Origin: Macrostomum lignano
Lineage: Eukaryota
Direction: 5' to 3'
Length of the DNA stretch: 64,000 nt
NCBI GenBank assembly: GCA_002269645.1
Contig: NIVC01002556.1
Coordinates: 62,001 to 126,000 of the forward strand
Under the pieces are notes generated by a model that saw only the letters and a program-made list of their open reading frames with translations, ran no database searches and had not been told where the DNA came from. The translations under genes were made by a program, and so were the position numbers. Positions within the stretch are counted from its first letter, which is position 1, and each line of letters opens with the position of its first letter. Below, piece after piece: positions 27,443 through 48,377 of the stretch.

Positions 27443-28080
27443 CGCTGCCACACGGCCCAAAATGTTGCATCCCATTACGTGATTCAGAAATGTGCGAAGA
27501 CATAAACTGCGAGGGGTTGCGCAACCCCACATTAAACAGGCCGTCGAAGTCTCCGGACATGAACCCCATCGAGCATGTTTTCGTAAAGCGAAGAGTTCGG
27601 CAGGGTGCCTCGCAGAATGCTGAACAGTTGTGACTGGCGGTTCTGAATGCCCAGCAGCAGCTACCTAAAGTTCATTACCCGGCTGGTGATCAGTGATCAG
27701 GATGCCACGATGAGTTATGGCATTTTTGCATGCTCGTGGTTCCTACACACGACAATGAAGCGAGCAACCTCAGAGTCAACAAGGGCGCAGCAGAGCTCTT
27801 AGTCGTTAAAAAGACGCCTGCTATGTAAAATAGGAAAGTTCTTGGTAATAATTTGCTGTTATAAGATTTTTTCTTCTATTAATTAATGCTTTTTCCATCC
27901 ATTAATTCTTTACAACAAGCCAAGATTACTTACACCGTCTCCTACCACTGAAATTCGTGCGTAATTTTTATCAGTTTCTTTCTACGTGATGTTATGAAAA
28001 TACCAGTGACTTTAAATCTATACAAATTACTAACTTTGTTTATCTTTCGAACGTACGAGCAGTTTACTCGGAGTAACCTG
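27443..28080 (+). mobile_element. Tc1/mariner remnant (degenerate transposase C-terminus, probable right TIR)
   Basis: Translates RCHTAQNV...PSKSPDMNPIEHV...ARGSYTR, matching the Tc1 WPxxSPDLNPIE motif, with stops and frameshifts; ends ...CCTG followed by TA. Confidence 0.7.
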
Positions 28081-28176
28081 TACCTGATATCCTGGAGCAG
28101 CACAGGCGCTGAATGTCAGCTGCTGTATTTTCGGCTGGTGCCAGCAGAGCGGATTTTAGACAGAGTTGCATCGCCA

Positions 28177-29828
<1,652 letters not shown>

Positions 29829-30013
29829 NNNNNNNNNNNNNNNNNNNNNNNNNNNNNNNNNNNNNNNNNNNNNNNNNNNNNNNNNNNNNNNNNNNNNNNN
29901 NNNNNNNNNNNNNNNNNNNNNNNNNNNNNNNNNNNNNNNNNNNNNNNNNNNNNNNNNNNNNNNNNNNNNNNNNNNNNNNNNNNNNNNNNNNNNNNNNNNN
30001 NNNNNNNNNNNNN
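29829..30013. other. Assembly gap (185 N) at the centre of the inverted duplication
   Basis: Run of N characters. Confidence 1.
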
Positions 30014-30492
<479 letters not shown>

Positions 30493-31039
30493 TGAGCGGT
30501 GGTTATGAGAGCTCAGCTCAACCTCAAGCAGTAATTATCTCTGCTCGCTCGCTATTCTCAAGCCAGCACATTGCTTTGCCAGCCTTCCTGCAGAGGGCGA
30601 GCGCTGTCCAGTCTCTACGGTTTCCGGGGCAACCAGCAGTACTGTGCTCGGTCTGTTTTGAGTAATATGCTAGATGGAGTTGCATTCTAGCTAGGATTGT
30701 TTATTGTCTGTGAGGCAGAAATACGGGTAGTTAGTTGGGTGGTTCGAGAGATCAGTAGAATGGGGTGATTACGAACTCAAAGCAGTTTTCTCTTTGCCAG
30801 CTTATATCATGCCAGACTATCGTGCTGCGAGTGCTGAGCTGAATAGGCCGTTCCAGAGGAAGGTTGCGAGCGCATTGTGCATCGCGAGTGCTCTGCTTTA
30901 ATAAATTTGCCTTAGGCGCTGCACTTAATTCTTTTGCTTCAGTGTCTGCAGCGGCAGGTCAGGACAGGATTTAGAAGCCGTGGTTTTTTAAAATCATAAC
31001 CCGTCAGGATTATAGATTAAATGCATCTGCAGACCCTTA

Positions 31040-34011
<2,972 letters not shown>

Positions 34012-34106
34012 GGCGATGCAACTCTGTCTAAAATCCGCTCTGCTGGCACCAGCCGAAAATACAGCAGCTGACATTCAGCGCCTGTGCTGCTCCAGGATAT
34101 CAGGTA

Positions 34107-34736
34107 CAGGTTACTCCGAGTAAACTGCTCGTACGTTCGAAAGATAAACAAAGTTAGTAATTTGTATAGATTTAAAGTCACTGGTATTTTCATAACATCA
34201 CGTAGAAAGAAACTAATAAAAATTACACCGGATTTCAGTGGTAGGAGACGGTGCAAGTAATCTTGGCTTGTTGTAAAGCATTAATGGATGGAAAAAGCAT
34301 TAATTAATAGAAGAAAAAATCTTATAACGGCAAATTATTACCAAGAACTTTCCTATTTTACATAGCAGGCGTCTTTTTAACGACTAAGAGCTCTGACTGT
34401 TGACTCTGAGGTTGCTCGCTTCATTGTCGTGTGTAGGAACCACGAGCATGCAAAAATGCCATAACTCATCGTGGCATCCTGATCACTGATCACCAGCCGG
34501 GTAATGAACTTTAGGTAGCTGCTGCTAGGCATTCAGAACCGCCAGTCACAACTGTTCAGCATTCTGCGAGGCACCCTGCCGAACTCTTCGCTTTACGAAA
34601 ACATGCTCGATGGGGTTCATGTCCGGAGACTTCGACGGCCTGTTTAATGTGGGGTTGCACAACCCCTCGCAGTTTATGTCTTCGCACATTTCTGAATCAC
34701 GTAATGGGATGCAACATTTTGGGCCGTGTGGCAGCG
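34107..34736 (-). mobile_element. Tc1/mariner remnant (right copy)
   Basis: Reverse complement of 27443-28080. Confidence 0.7.
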
Positions 34737-36653
34737 TGAGTGAGAGAGGGGGGGGGCTTTAGCTGGTTGCTGAGTAAACGAGTACTTGTACTTGTCTAGC
34801 GTGGCCTTCATAGACTCCGCGGGTTGGTTAGACTAATTAAACGTTAAGTTAGCTATCATGCTACTATAAGTAGCGGGAAGCGGCTACCACCGTATTTAAC
34901 CGATAATTAATTTCTCAGAGCTACGGAAGAACAGTTGAAATTAGGCTTTGATCGAACTGCTGCTGGCTGCCGTGATGGTAGAGAGAATTCCACACGAACT
35001 GCTCGGCCTTATAGAACCAGATTGCAATGAATATGTAGTTTAATGTTAGGCTGAATGCATGTAAATGATAACTTAGAGACGTCAATTCAACATCAAATTC
35101 AGCCGCGGTGCAGAACAATACAATAAAACTGGTTGTTGACTTGTTAGTTCAAGGTCTATACATTTCGGCAGGGGCGCTCTGACATGCATGTACACGTTAT
35201 GTATTGTATATACATGTATAAGACTACAGTACATGCACCTATACTTTTCATTGTATGAAATTCAGAACACGTGATCTTAAACTCGCTCTCTAACAACCGA
35301 CTGTCCTGCAGCTCTGCAAATACGTACAGTTTTAAATCAAGGACGACAAAAGTAACGTCTACTTAAGTAGTCCTTGTTTTGAACTTTACTATATGCAGCT
35401 GATCGCTTTTTACTAACACGATGCTAGCTTGGACCGCCCGAGACGAAATTGCAATTCCCTTCTCTCGGAGACCATTTTATTGTTTCTCAATAGCTAACGC
35501 TGTAGACGCCATGTAAATACCATAGATCAGAGTGATTTTTACAAAGTGTGAATGTGTTTTAATTAGGTTCAGTTGATTGATGCTTTATTGACCACCGATC
35601 ATTGAAAGTGACATGTCGACAAAATTGACCTTTACATATGTTTAGCGTCATTACATAACGTCAGGATACAAGCGTACATGTAATGTAATATACATACTCA
35701 TATACTCAGCAACATTGAAAAGTATAGCCACCCTTTGGCCCAGTGAGCAGTGTCTTTCGTCCAGCGTCTAATCACCTAGCTCAGGTACATATACTGGTAC
35801 TCAACAACATCGAAAAGTCGCCATCAGAGAAGATTCCGTCTGTGGTCGCCACTTTTGAGAGTGCAGGTTATAAGACTCTCAATCTTTGCGAGTGACGCTA
35901 CTACCCCGATCAATTTTCTCGCATCTTTTAGTTCAGAACAGTCTAAGAGAAATCGTTCACTGGCGCATAGAGTGGCGACTCTTCAGTGTTGCTGAGTACA
36001 TATTATTACCTTTGGATAAACATTTTGATATTAAAACATGCTTGAAAAACAATGAAAACCTTGGCGAAAGCTTTAATCCATCCATCCAATCTTCGAGTCC
36101 TCCGCTCTTCCCAATCCCTCCTCACTCAGCTCAACTCTGCGTCGCGTGGCGCAAATTGCGTCACTCAAAAGTCAATACTGAGCTGGAATTTAGTGCGCAC
36201 TCTCAAAGGTGGCGACTTTTTAATGCGATAACTGCCATAAATTTAAGATAGCACTATGAGGTCAAGTGCAGCGCAGTTTTTCCGCAACAGTTAATTTTAA
36301 ATGTAGGTCAGCTGAATCAATACGTGTAACAGTAAAATTCACAGAACCGACAGGCGCAAACAATTGTGTCCAAAGAACTGATCAATATAGCTATTTGCAT
36401 ACACTGCAGCATGTACATACAGTGTACAACAGTACTGTAGATTGCGATAATAGAACCAGCTATTCGCAAGATACGGCACAGTACTGTGCATGCATGTGCT
36501 CACAGATAAAGCAACACAATCGAGGGAGGGAAAGCAGGCTTAGAGAAGGCTAGAGTTCGAAGTTGAGTCCACTATCATGCAAATGACGCATTTGCGAGTG
36601 CTGGATCCAAGTTTTCTGATTTCCGAGTAAATTTCTAACCGAGTAACTAACCG

Positions 36654-37409
36654 GTTTTGTCTCGCATAGAGACGCCGAACCGCAGTACCCATGTGACACT
36701 TGTCTCTGCCTGGCTGAAAGCTTGTAATGAGTTAGTAGGCTGGGTTAGAGGGTAATAGTCGATCAGGAAGGGCTGTGGGTAGCTGTATAGGAAGGCAGGC
36801 CTATACTCGGTTCCAGTTGATGCTCTGACGGTCTCCCTCGGAGTGTCCTCTGGTGAACGGCTAGCTTTAAGCTGGAGTGTGCCAAAACCATGACTGAGTC
36901 TGAGCAGGACGAGGCCGTTGGCACGGCAACCATAAAAATGGCGGGTTGGCGAAGCAAAGGGTGAAATAGTCCCGGCGATTAGCCCTCCTGCCGCTTCAAA
37001 GATAAGAGACTGTCTTGGCAAAGAGTACCCGGGGTTAGTGGGGGGGGGCAGTCCCAGGCTGGTAGCCACGGCCGTGGGGGCATTGGTCAAATGACCAATT
37101 TTTTGGCACTACTGACCCGGAGAAGGCACGGGCTTCCCTCACTGGTTCGCTGAACCCTCGCTGGCCCCGGGGGGGGGTTTAGTATTGTGTCTGGAGTAGG
37201 TGTGACGCCCCGACAGCTGGGGGTAGCCCCCCCCCCTCAGCCCGACTGGTGTCGCCTGCTCGGCTTGATTGGTCACAGTCTCCTATAGCCTAATTTAGAA
37301 GACTAGTGTACCTGAGTACACTCCCAATATGGAAACTAATTTATCTTAGAGGCGTAAGAGCCTATTCATTTGGCTGAGGCGCCGATTTTACTTATTTTAG
37401 TTAGTTAGT
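36654..37409 (+). mobile_element. ~756-bp retroposed insertion upstream of the CYP (right copy)
   Basis: TSD taaccgagtaactaaccg at 36636-36653 and 37410-37427; ttagttagttagtt tail. Confidence 0.6.
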
Positions 37410-37444
37410 TAACCGAGTAACTAACCGAGTAGCATTAATTGGCC

Positions 37445-39161
37445 ATGACTCTCGTCATTACAGTGATAGTTGGGCTGCTGGCCGCTCTGCTGAGCCGCCA
37501 TCTGATTCGGCGGCTGAAACGTCGGGGTCCGATCGGTCTGCCGATACTGGGCAGCCTGCCCTATATGATGTACAGAGCTGTCACTGATCGACAATTTCGT
37601 TGGTACCTCTTTGTCGATGAAATGCGCAAGGCCTACGGCGAGGTCATCTCGCTTGTGATCGGCACGCAGGAGTTTGTTGTGATCTCCGGCTACAACAAGA
37701 TCAAAGCCGCATTTGTAGATCGAGCCGACATGTTCTCACAGCGACCGAATCATCCCTTCTACCAGATCGTAGCCGAGGGCCGCGGCCTTCTCTTCTCAGA
37801 GGGCCCACTTTGGCAGGATCAGCGCCGTTTTGCTCTTCGGGTTTTGCGTGACTTCGGTCTAGGCAGGAGCCTCTCGGAGCAACAGATCCAGACTGAGGCA
37901 CAGGAACTCGCCAGACACCTCAGCGACTATAATGGACAGGAGACGGATGTAAAGTGTGAGAATACTATATACTCGTATATTGTACATGTTGCCGGTTATC
38001 TGCATGGCCTTGTAATATTTCGTACCAACAATACTAGTGCCGAGTATATAAATCTGATGACAAAAAATTCTTTCAGCTCACATCACTAAGGCCGTAGTCA
38101 ATGTAATAGCAGGTCTTGTGTTCGCTGAACGAAGCGGTTACGAGGACCCCAAGCTAGAGGAATTTCTGGAGCACACGAAGGCCTTGACGCAAGCTGGACT
38201 GGATACTGTACTCATGGTCTTCTTTCCCCAGCTGCCGATTTCGCTTACATCGCTTTCACCAAGCAGCAATCGCATCTTGCAGAGCGAGCGATGGGTTATG
38301 GACTACTGCTGGGATAAGATTCAGGATATTAGCCGCAACTACGATAAGTCAAGCGAGCCTATTTGCTTTGTTGAGGCTTATCTTCGAGAGCAGCGGATGC
38401 GGCAGGCTTCCGGGGAGGGCGATGTCGGTAGCTTTGACAACCGACAGCTGATACGGACTGTATCTGACTTGTACGTTGCCGGTAGCGACACGACCGCCAC
38501 TACATTGCGCTGGGCGCTGCTATACTGCTGCTTTCACCCAGAGCTTCAGGAGGCCTGCCACATCGAGATCAGCACAGTCATTGGTGACCGCGAGGTCAGC
38601 ATGAAAGATAAGCGGAGTTTGCACAAGGTACAGGCGTTTCTGGATGAAACTCAGCGGATGGCGAACCTGGTGCCTATGAGCGTTGAGCACCGAGCTGCAA
38701 AGGTGAGAAAGCTTTAGCACTTTCAAAGCGAATGCGTCAAGTTTTTATTTTGCGAAACTGACCATCTTCTCTTATGTTTACCCGTTAAGGAAGTTGACTT
38801 TGACGGACTGCCCGTTTCGCCCGACAGCATAGTACTGCCCAATCTGTACTCAGTTCATATGGACCCGGAGCTATTCCCGGAGCCGCACGAGTTCAACATC
38901 AATCGATTTCTGGACCTAGAGACCGGAACGTACAAGCCCTCTGAGTACCTCATTCCTTTCAGCGTCGGCAAACGCTCCTGCTTGGGAGAGACACTGGCTC
39001 GGATGGAGCTGTTCCTCTTCTTTGTCCCTCTGCTGCAAAAGTTTCGTTTCGAACCGAATGAGGACTGCAAACTGAAGCGAGAGGATATCCTTCTGGGACA
39101 CGACGGCATCGTGAGAGCACCGGCAGATCACAGGCTAGTTGTGCACAGCCGCGCGCTATGA
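37445..39161 (+). CDS. Cytochrome P450, CYP2 clan; exons 37445-37955, 38077-38702, 38790-39161; right-arm copy
   Basis: Same motifs as the left copy; 1509 nt spliced; one visible substitution (KIKAAF vs KIKASF). Confidence 0.93.
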
Positions 39162-40964
39162 CTGTGAAAACTGGATAGGTCGCAGGTTCCATAGCACAAA
39201 CAGAAGCGTAAAAATTGATTAACTCTACAGATTAATAGCGTGCAGCCCGCCTCAATCAACACTGCAAGTGCGAAAACACTTTCATTGTAAGCCAGGTTTT
39301 CTGTAGCCAGTATTTCGGGAACCATTGTTTGAAATGTCACTTCAAATTAATGACCGGTCATTGATTGGCTTTCTAAAAAATAAACAAGAACCTAAATATC
39401 TAACGAAGTGGATAATCACTAATCAGAACAGTTCAAGACAATAGGCTAGTTTGTTTTTAAATTCACTGTTGTCGAATCGTCTTTAATCGACTCGCCTCAT
39501 CAATGCATCAGCTTCAATCAAGCTGGCAGCCATGGACGCCAGACCCGGAATTTCCGAGTAGAGGGATATTTTTAAGTAATAGGACCAAGTGTTCTTACAC
39601 TTGGTAAAGACAGAAGCTGCCTTATAATTTTATCAGTTATAGTAGCTGTCATTGTCATTATTTATTAATTCATGCTGTTGAAAACTGTGGGATTTGAGCG
39701 AGAGCCTGATTAATATTTGAAACGTTATTTTCTACTTGGAGCCAGAATTTTTGCATGAACTGGATGCATTTGGATTTGTAATTAGGGTCGTGCTGTTTAT
39801 AATAGAAACCTGGTGAGAGAACTGGGAACTTTTTATTGTAATTTTAGAGGGTAAGGAGTGAGGACCCTGCTCTGGTAACAATATGGAACTACTAGTGTTT
39901 TGGTGGCTGTGAAAAAATGTCCTGAAAGTGGTTGATCGGTGATTTAGAAGGTAGCAGGTAAAAGTATTATGCTGGAATTCTCTAACAAGTCACCTCTTGT
40001 TGTCGATTCTTTGCGAATAATACAGATACAATAAATGGCGCTATGCAGGCAGTGAAGAATTCTGTCCTAAAGGCCCCTTCATAAAAACTACTCACTCCCT
40101 ATGCTAAGGGCATTTTAATCTTCATCAGTAATATTCCCGAAGTCATACCTACGGGTAAAAATGATCTATGCTGACATCGCGCTCCTCGGCCCCGACCACA
40201 GCCTCTCGCTTAGCCGAATCCCGCAGGACAGCCTCCCACAGGAACGTCAGGATGCTCCTAGCGGGCCAAGTCAGGTGTCTTTGAAGTTTCAACGTGACCA
40301 CTGCTTGCTGTGCATGGTTTTCTCGTTAAGAATTAGAATAAAAACCTGGCAGCTATTATTCGTGAGAAAACATACCAAAAAGAATTCGGAACAATGTGAT
40401 ACAGGCTGCTTAAGCAAACAACTGCTATTTTGATACTCAGAGTTGTAAAACAGGACCAATCAAAGAAAAAGCGTTTCTATATTTGCTGGCAAACAGTTAG
40501 AAAATAACCGGTAAATTTTATATAACTGAAAATAAAAATTACCAAGTAGTTGGATGTGTAAGCGGTGCAAATGTCTGATAAGATTAGAGTTATAGTGGAA
40601 TTAAGGTATGATAATGACACGATTCAGATCTGGCTGCTACCACGAATTGAAAACAATTCAAATGGGGAATATGAAAATTCAGCCAACCAGTTGAAGAGGA
40701 GGAAAACGGGGAAATTAATATTGATAAATTGGTGCGAGCGGAAAGGCAATGATCGGAAACGACAATATTTATGTGATGCAATCACTAATACAAAGCACAG
40801 GGCTAGTGTTTTCACTTATTTCTATCCGTGACGAAAAATTGCCCATCCATAAAAATCGTAGCTCATAGGGCAAATCGGCAGATGAGTTTAGGTTCAAGCG
40901 GTGAAAGCAGGCTCAGTGTGGGACTTGGCCTGCAGCGTGCGAGTCTTGGGCTCGTCCTGATCGC

Positions 40965-44607
<3,643 letters not shown>

Positions 44608-44982
44608 CTAGATGTAAATGTGAGGGGAGGTGAGAATGAGAGATGAACAACTTTTCTTATAGCATTTAATGCATTTAATTGCAGAAATAATGTGGCCTAT
44701 GGGGAGAATCTGGGGAGAATTGTTAAGATATCAAAACTCATAGGGAGTTGGCTAAAATGCTGTGGCTAAAGGAGAGAATTGCTGAGATGTCAAGACTCAT
44801 GGGGAGCTTGCTAAAATCCTGTGGCTCATTGGGGATTGCAGAGATACCAAGGCGGTTGGTAAGATGCCAAGGGTCAGGGCTTTGGTAAAACATGGCTAAA
44901 GAAGCTTTGGTGCAAAAGCTCAAAAGGGCTAGGTAGATTCAGGCAAGATAGCTAGCTTTTAGGGCTGATCGTTTTCTATATA

Positions 44983-45262
44983 CATACATGTGCAACCTCT
45001 AAAATTCGGTCGGCCGTGCGACTAAGTTTTAACAAAAATGCGATGTAGTTTTTGGCCAAAAATGCGACTTACATGTAAAATAACCCTAAAGCAAAATTAA
45101 CGCAACTTTGGGTAAACGACAGGAGTAACTATGACTGTCTTATTAAGTCAAAATGCCTCGTCAGCTACTTAGTACTACTACTTGGATGTTTTTTTGGGTG
45201 GGCATTTTTGCGACTTCCTTGGTTGGCCGCCAAATCGGTCGGCCGACTGTTGCGCATGTATG
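44983..45262. mobile_element. 28S-like-segment MITE (mirror of 17023-17302)
   Basis: TIR CATACATG; TSD TCTATATA at 44975-44982 and 45263-45270; LSU-like 64-mer at 45110-45173. Confidence 0.9.
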
Positions 45263-45434
45263 TCTATATAGAAAATTGCTCTTTTTAAAATAGTAATAGA
45301 AGAAATAAGATTAAAAGATATAGCCTTTTTGAGGCTAGATATGTAGTTGATTTAAAACATATTCTTTCTTTGTTTTGTTAGAAGAAAGACTATTAAATGC
45401 ATTTCTATAAATATAACTTGGATTTACCCTAACC

Positions 45435-45764
45435 CTGGGTTTTTTTTCGCCAGAGACAAGGTGCGAAATCGCAACTTGTGCCAAATTTCAAGGTACGATT
45501 TTAAGGCACAGAGTGCAATTTCTCTTGAGTCTTGTTCCAGACAACTGGGAATGTATAGACATGTCTTATGTCTATACATCTTTGTACAAAGAATGCCTTG
45601 ACCTATTGTCTGTTATCTTGTCTTCAGATTGCTGCTTTGATAAATAGTAACATGATGAAAAATACTATAACAGACTGCACCTAAACCGCACCTACTTTTT
45701 AATTTCAGGGTGCGATTTTAAAATTTAGGGTGCATACGCACACTCTGCGCACAAAAAAACCCTG
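45435..45764. mobile_element. hAT-like MITE (mirror of 16522-16851)
   Basis: TSD CCCTAACC on both sides. Confidence 0.75.
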
Positions 45765-46261
45765 CCCTAACCAATTAAGCATTTTAATAATATGAATAAA
45801 ATAGTACTACAAAATTAAAATGGCTATACATACTAAATTTCTACCTATAATAATAGCAAATAATTTAAACTTTTATCAAATACATAGCAATTAATTTATT
45901 TTAAACTTACTTAAAAGTATAAACAATTCATTTTAATTAAGAAACAAAGTTGAATCTTTGTAATAATCAAAAGAATTATTAGAGAAATAGTCTGCTTCAA
46001 TAAACAATATATTAAAGCTGCATGTTTCTTTTGTGGCTAAGCTGGGGCTCTACTTTGAGGACCTCAAAACCTGGCTAGAACTTCCTATATATAGCAGTAG
46101 ACAAACTAGGCCAGAGCAATGTTAGTGTATTGATCAGGCTACCTTTTTAGCAATAGCAGTGTCTAACTCTTAGAACTCTTTCTTACCCCATATTAATAAC
46201 AAAAAATCAATTTAAGTACACTAAAAATGGATAGAAACTAAGAATATTATAGCATAATGAC

Positions 46262-46558
46262 CATACATGCGCAACCTCCAAATTTCGGTCGGCCATGCGA
46301 CTTAGTTTTAACAAAAATGCGACGTAGTTTTTGGCCAAAAATGCGACTTACATGTAAAAAAACCCGAAAGCAAAATTAACGCAACTTTGGGTAAACGGCA
46401 GGAGTAACTATGACTGTCTTATAAACCCAAAATGCCTCGTCAGCTACTTAGTACTACTACTCTGTGTTTTTTCGGGTTGGCATTTTTGCGACTTCCTTGG
46501 TTGGCCGCCAAATCGGTCGGCCGGATCGGCCGACTCGGCCGACTGTTGCGCATGTATG
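46262..46558. mobile_element. Second, independent insertion of the 28S-like-segment MITE (297 bp), right arm only
   Basis: TIR CATACATGCGCAAC; TSD ATAATGAC at 46254-46261 and 46559-46566; single-copy empty site at left 16025-16032. Confidence 0.92.
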
Positions 46559-48377
46559 ATAATGACATTGTCACAGTAATAATAGCAAAATAAATGCCAA
46601 TGTTGAAAGCTGAAACATTAGTAGGTCCTTTAGAAGAACTTCAAAATAGGCAAAGTATCAGCTCTGCTTTAAAGAACTTGTAGTTTTTTTAAATTCTTTA
46701 ATGCTTTTCCTTGTATAAGTAGAAAAATATAAAGCTTTTTATCAATTTAGCATGAAAGAGTTTAAAGAAATGGCAGAAAAGTAAAAAATCACATTTTTTC
46801 TGTTCAATGGGGATACTAGGCCTATATTCAAATGTAGATAAAAAATATTTTTCTATATCTATCTGTGCAAAAGTTATACCTTTTAGAAAGAGTATGAATT
46901 ATTCTTTACAATGATATATATTTTAGAAAAAAACAAAAAAGAAATAAAAAAGTTATTAGTGTTCAAACACAAAAATTGAACGTTAGATACCCTGTTTAGT
47001 TTGAAGATACCCTAGAATCATCATTCAGTTTTAAGATAAAATCATCAATAACTTTTTTATACTTCTGCAACAAAGTAAAGCAACTATTCATTTGAAAGAA
47101 AAAATGTTTTGAACAACTTTTGGGTAGTAAGGCAGTGCTTATAATTATTACTCGTTTTCTAATAAGTCAAGTTTGTGCGAAATGCTAAAAAATTAGAAAC
47201 TTTTTATTATGCTGTACGAATAAATCAATGAATTATTTTTTGTTTAAATATGCGGAAGAAATTTTGCTATAGGCTATATACAAGCAATTTTGCCTCAAAT
47301 AAAACCAACCCATTCAAGAGCAAAAAGCTTCTAATAGTGGTTCAAATATAAATACTCAGAATTCAAAATTGTCAATTATTTCAAAGCTTGGTTTGAGAAC
47401 AAACACGAAAGAGATTATAGGAAGAGAGAATTAAGAGATTATTCAAAAGAGATACTAAGAGTTGCACTGTGACCCTCTAATCTCGGCGAATGCCTATTAG
47501 GACTAACTAAATTCATGTACCAGTATTAGACTGCACAGGCCAGAAAGCTACTAAGAACGCGCCCAGAAATATTTAAATTCTAAGAAACAACCAAGATATA
47601 TTATAATAGAAGTACAATTAGGATAACTTTAGTTAGCAGACAGGAATAACCATTGCATTGAGACAACTTGGTACCAACCAGTGGGATAAGTAAGTAGGCA
47701 AAGGCTAACAATTAGAAAGACAGAGGAATCAGCCCTAGCACAGTAGTTTCATTTTATTACATATAAAACTTTTTTGTTATCTATGAAAGAATGTCAAAAA
47801 AATGGCATTTTCATGTTCAATTGATAAAATCTTAGGCCTACCCTACTGAATTTATAAATTGGCATATTTAGGCCTAATCCATTAAATCTATAGGGGGTAT
47901 AGCCAAAGCCATATGCATAGCCATAAATAATTTATAAAAATACCAATGGCAATGCCATGGCAAAGGCAAGGGCTTAGTTTATAGGACAAGCTAGATGAAA
48001 ATAACAAATACTTGAAATAGCAAAAGCAAGATTAGATTGCGCCTAAACTTATAAAGGATAGAGCATAGGCCTAGCCTTGATAGGAAGCCTATCACCAGCA
48101 CCATTGAATGCATTAATTATGGCCTAGCTAGCATTAGGGCCTACAGTACACGTATGTTACAGATACAGGATATAAAATTATGACTAAAATTAAAAAGTAA
48201 AATTGTTCTACTTTTAGAAGAAATAGGATGACACTTACTTCCATTTCAATTGTTGAATACAAGTGTTAAAGTAGGGCAAAAATAGAGAACCTATGTATTT
48301 AGATTTTAGTGCGACGTCTTCATTAACATACAATTTAGGCTGAATTAAATAGGCCTCTTTTCCTTATTTGATTCGCC

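Noticed and set aside
45110-45173. rRNA gene
   Set aside because: Only 64 nt resemble 28S, embedded in a MITE with no other rDNA, and H69 pairing is disrupted.
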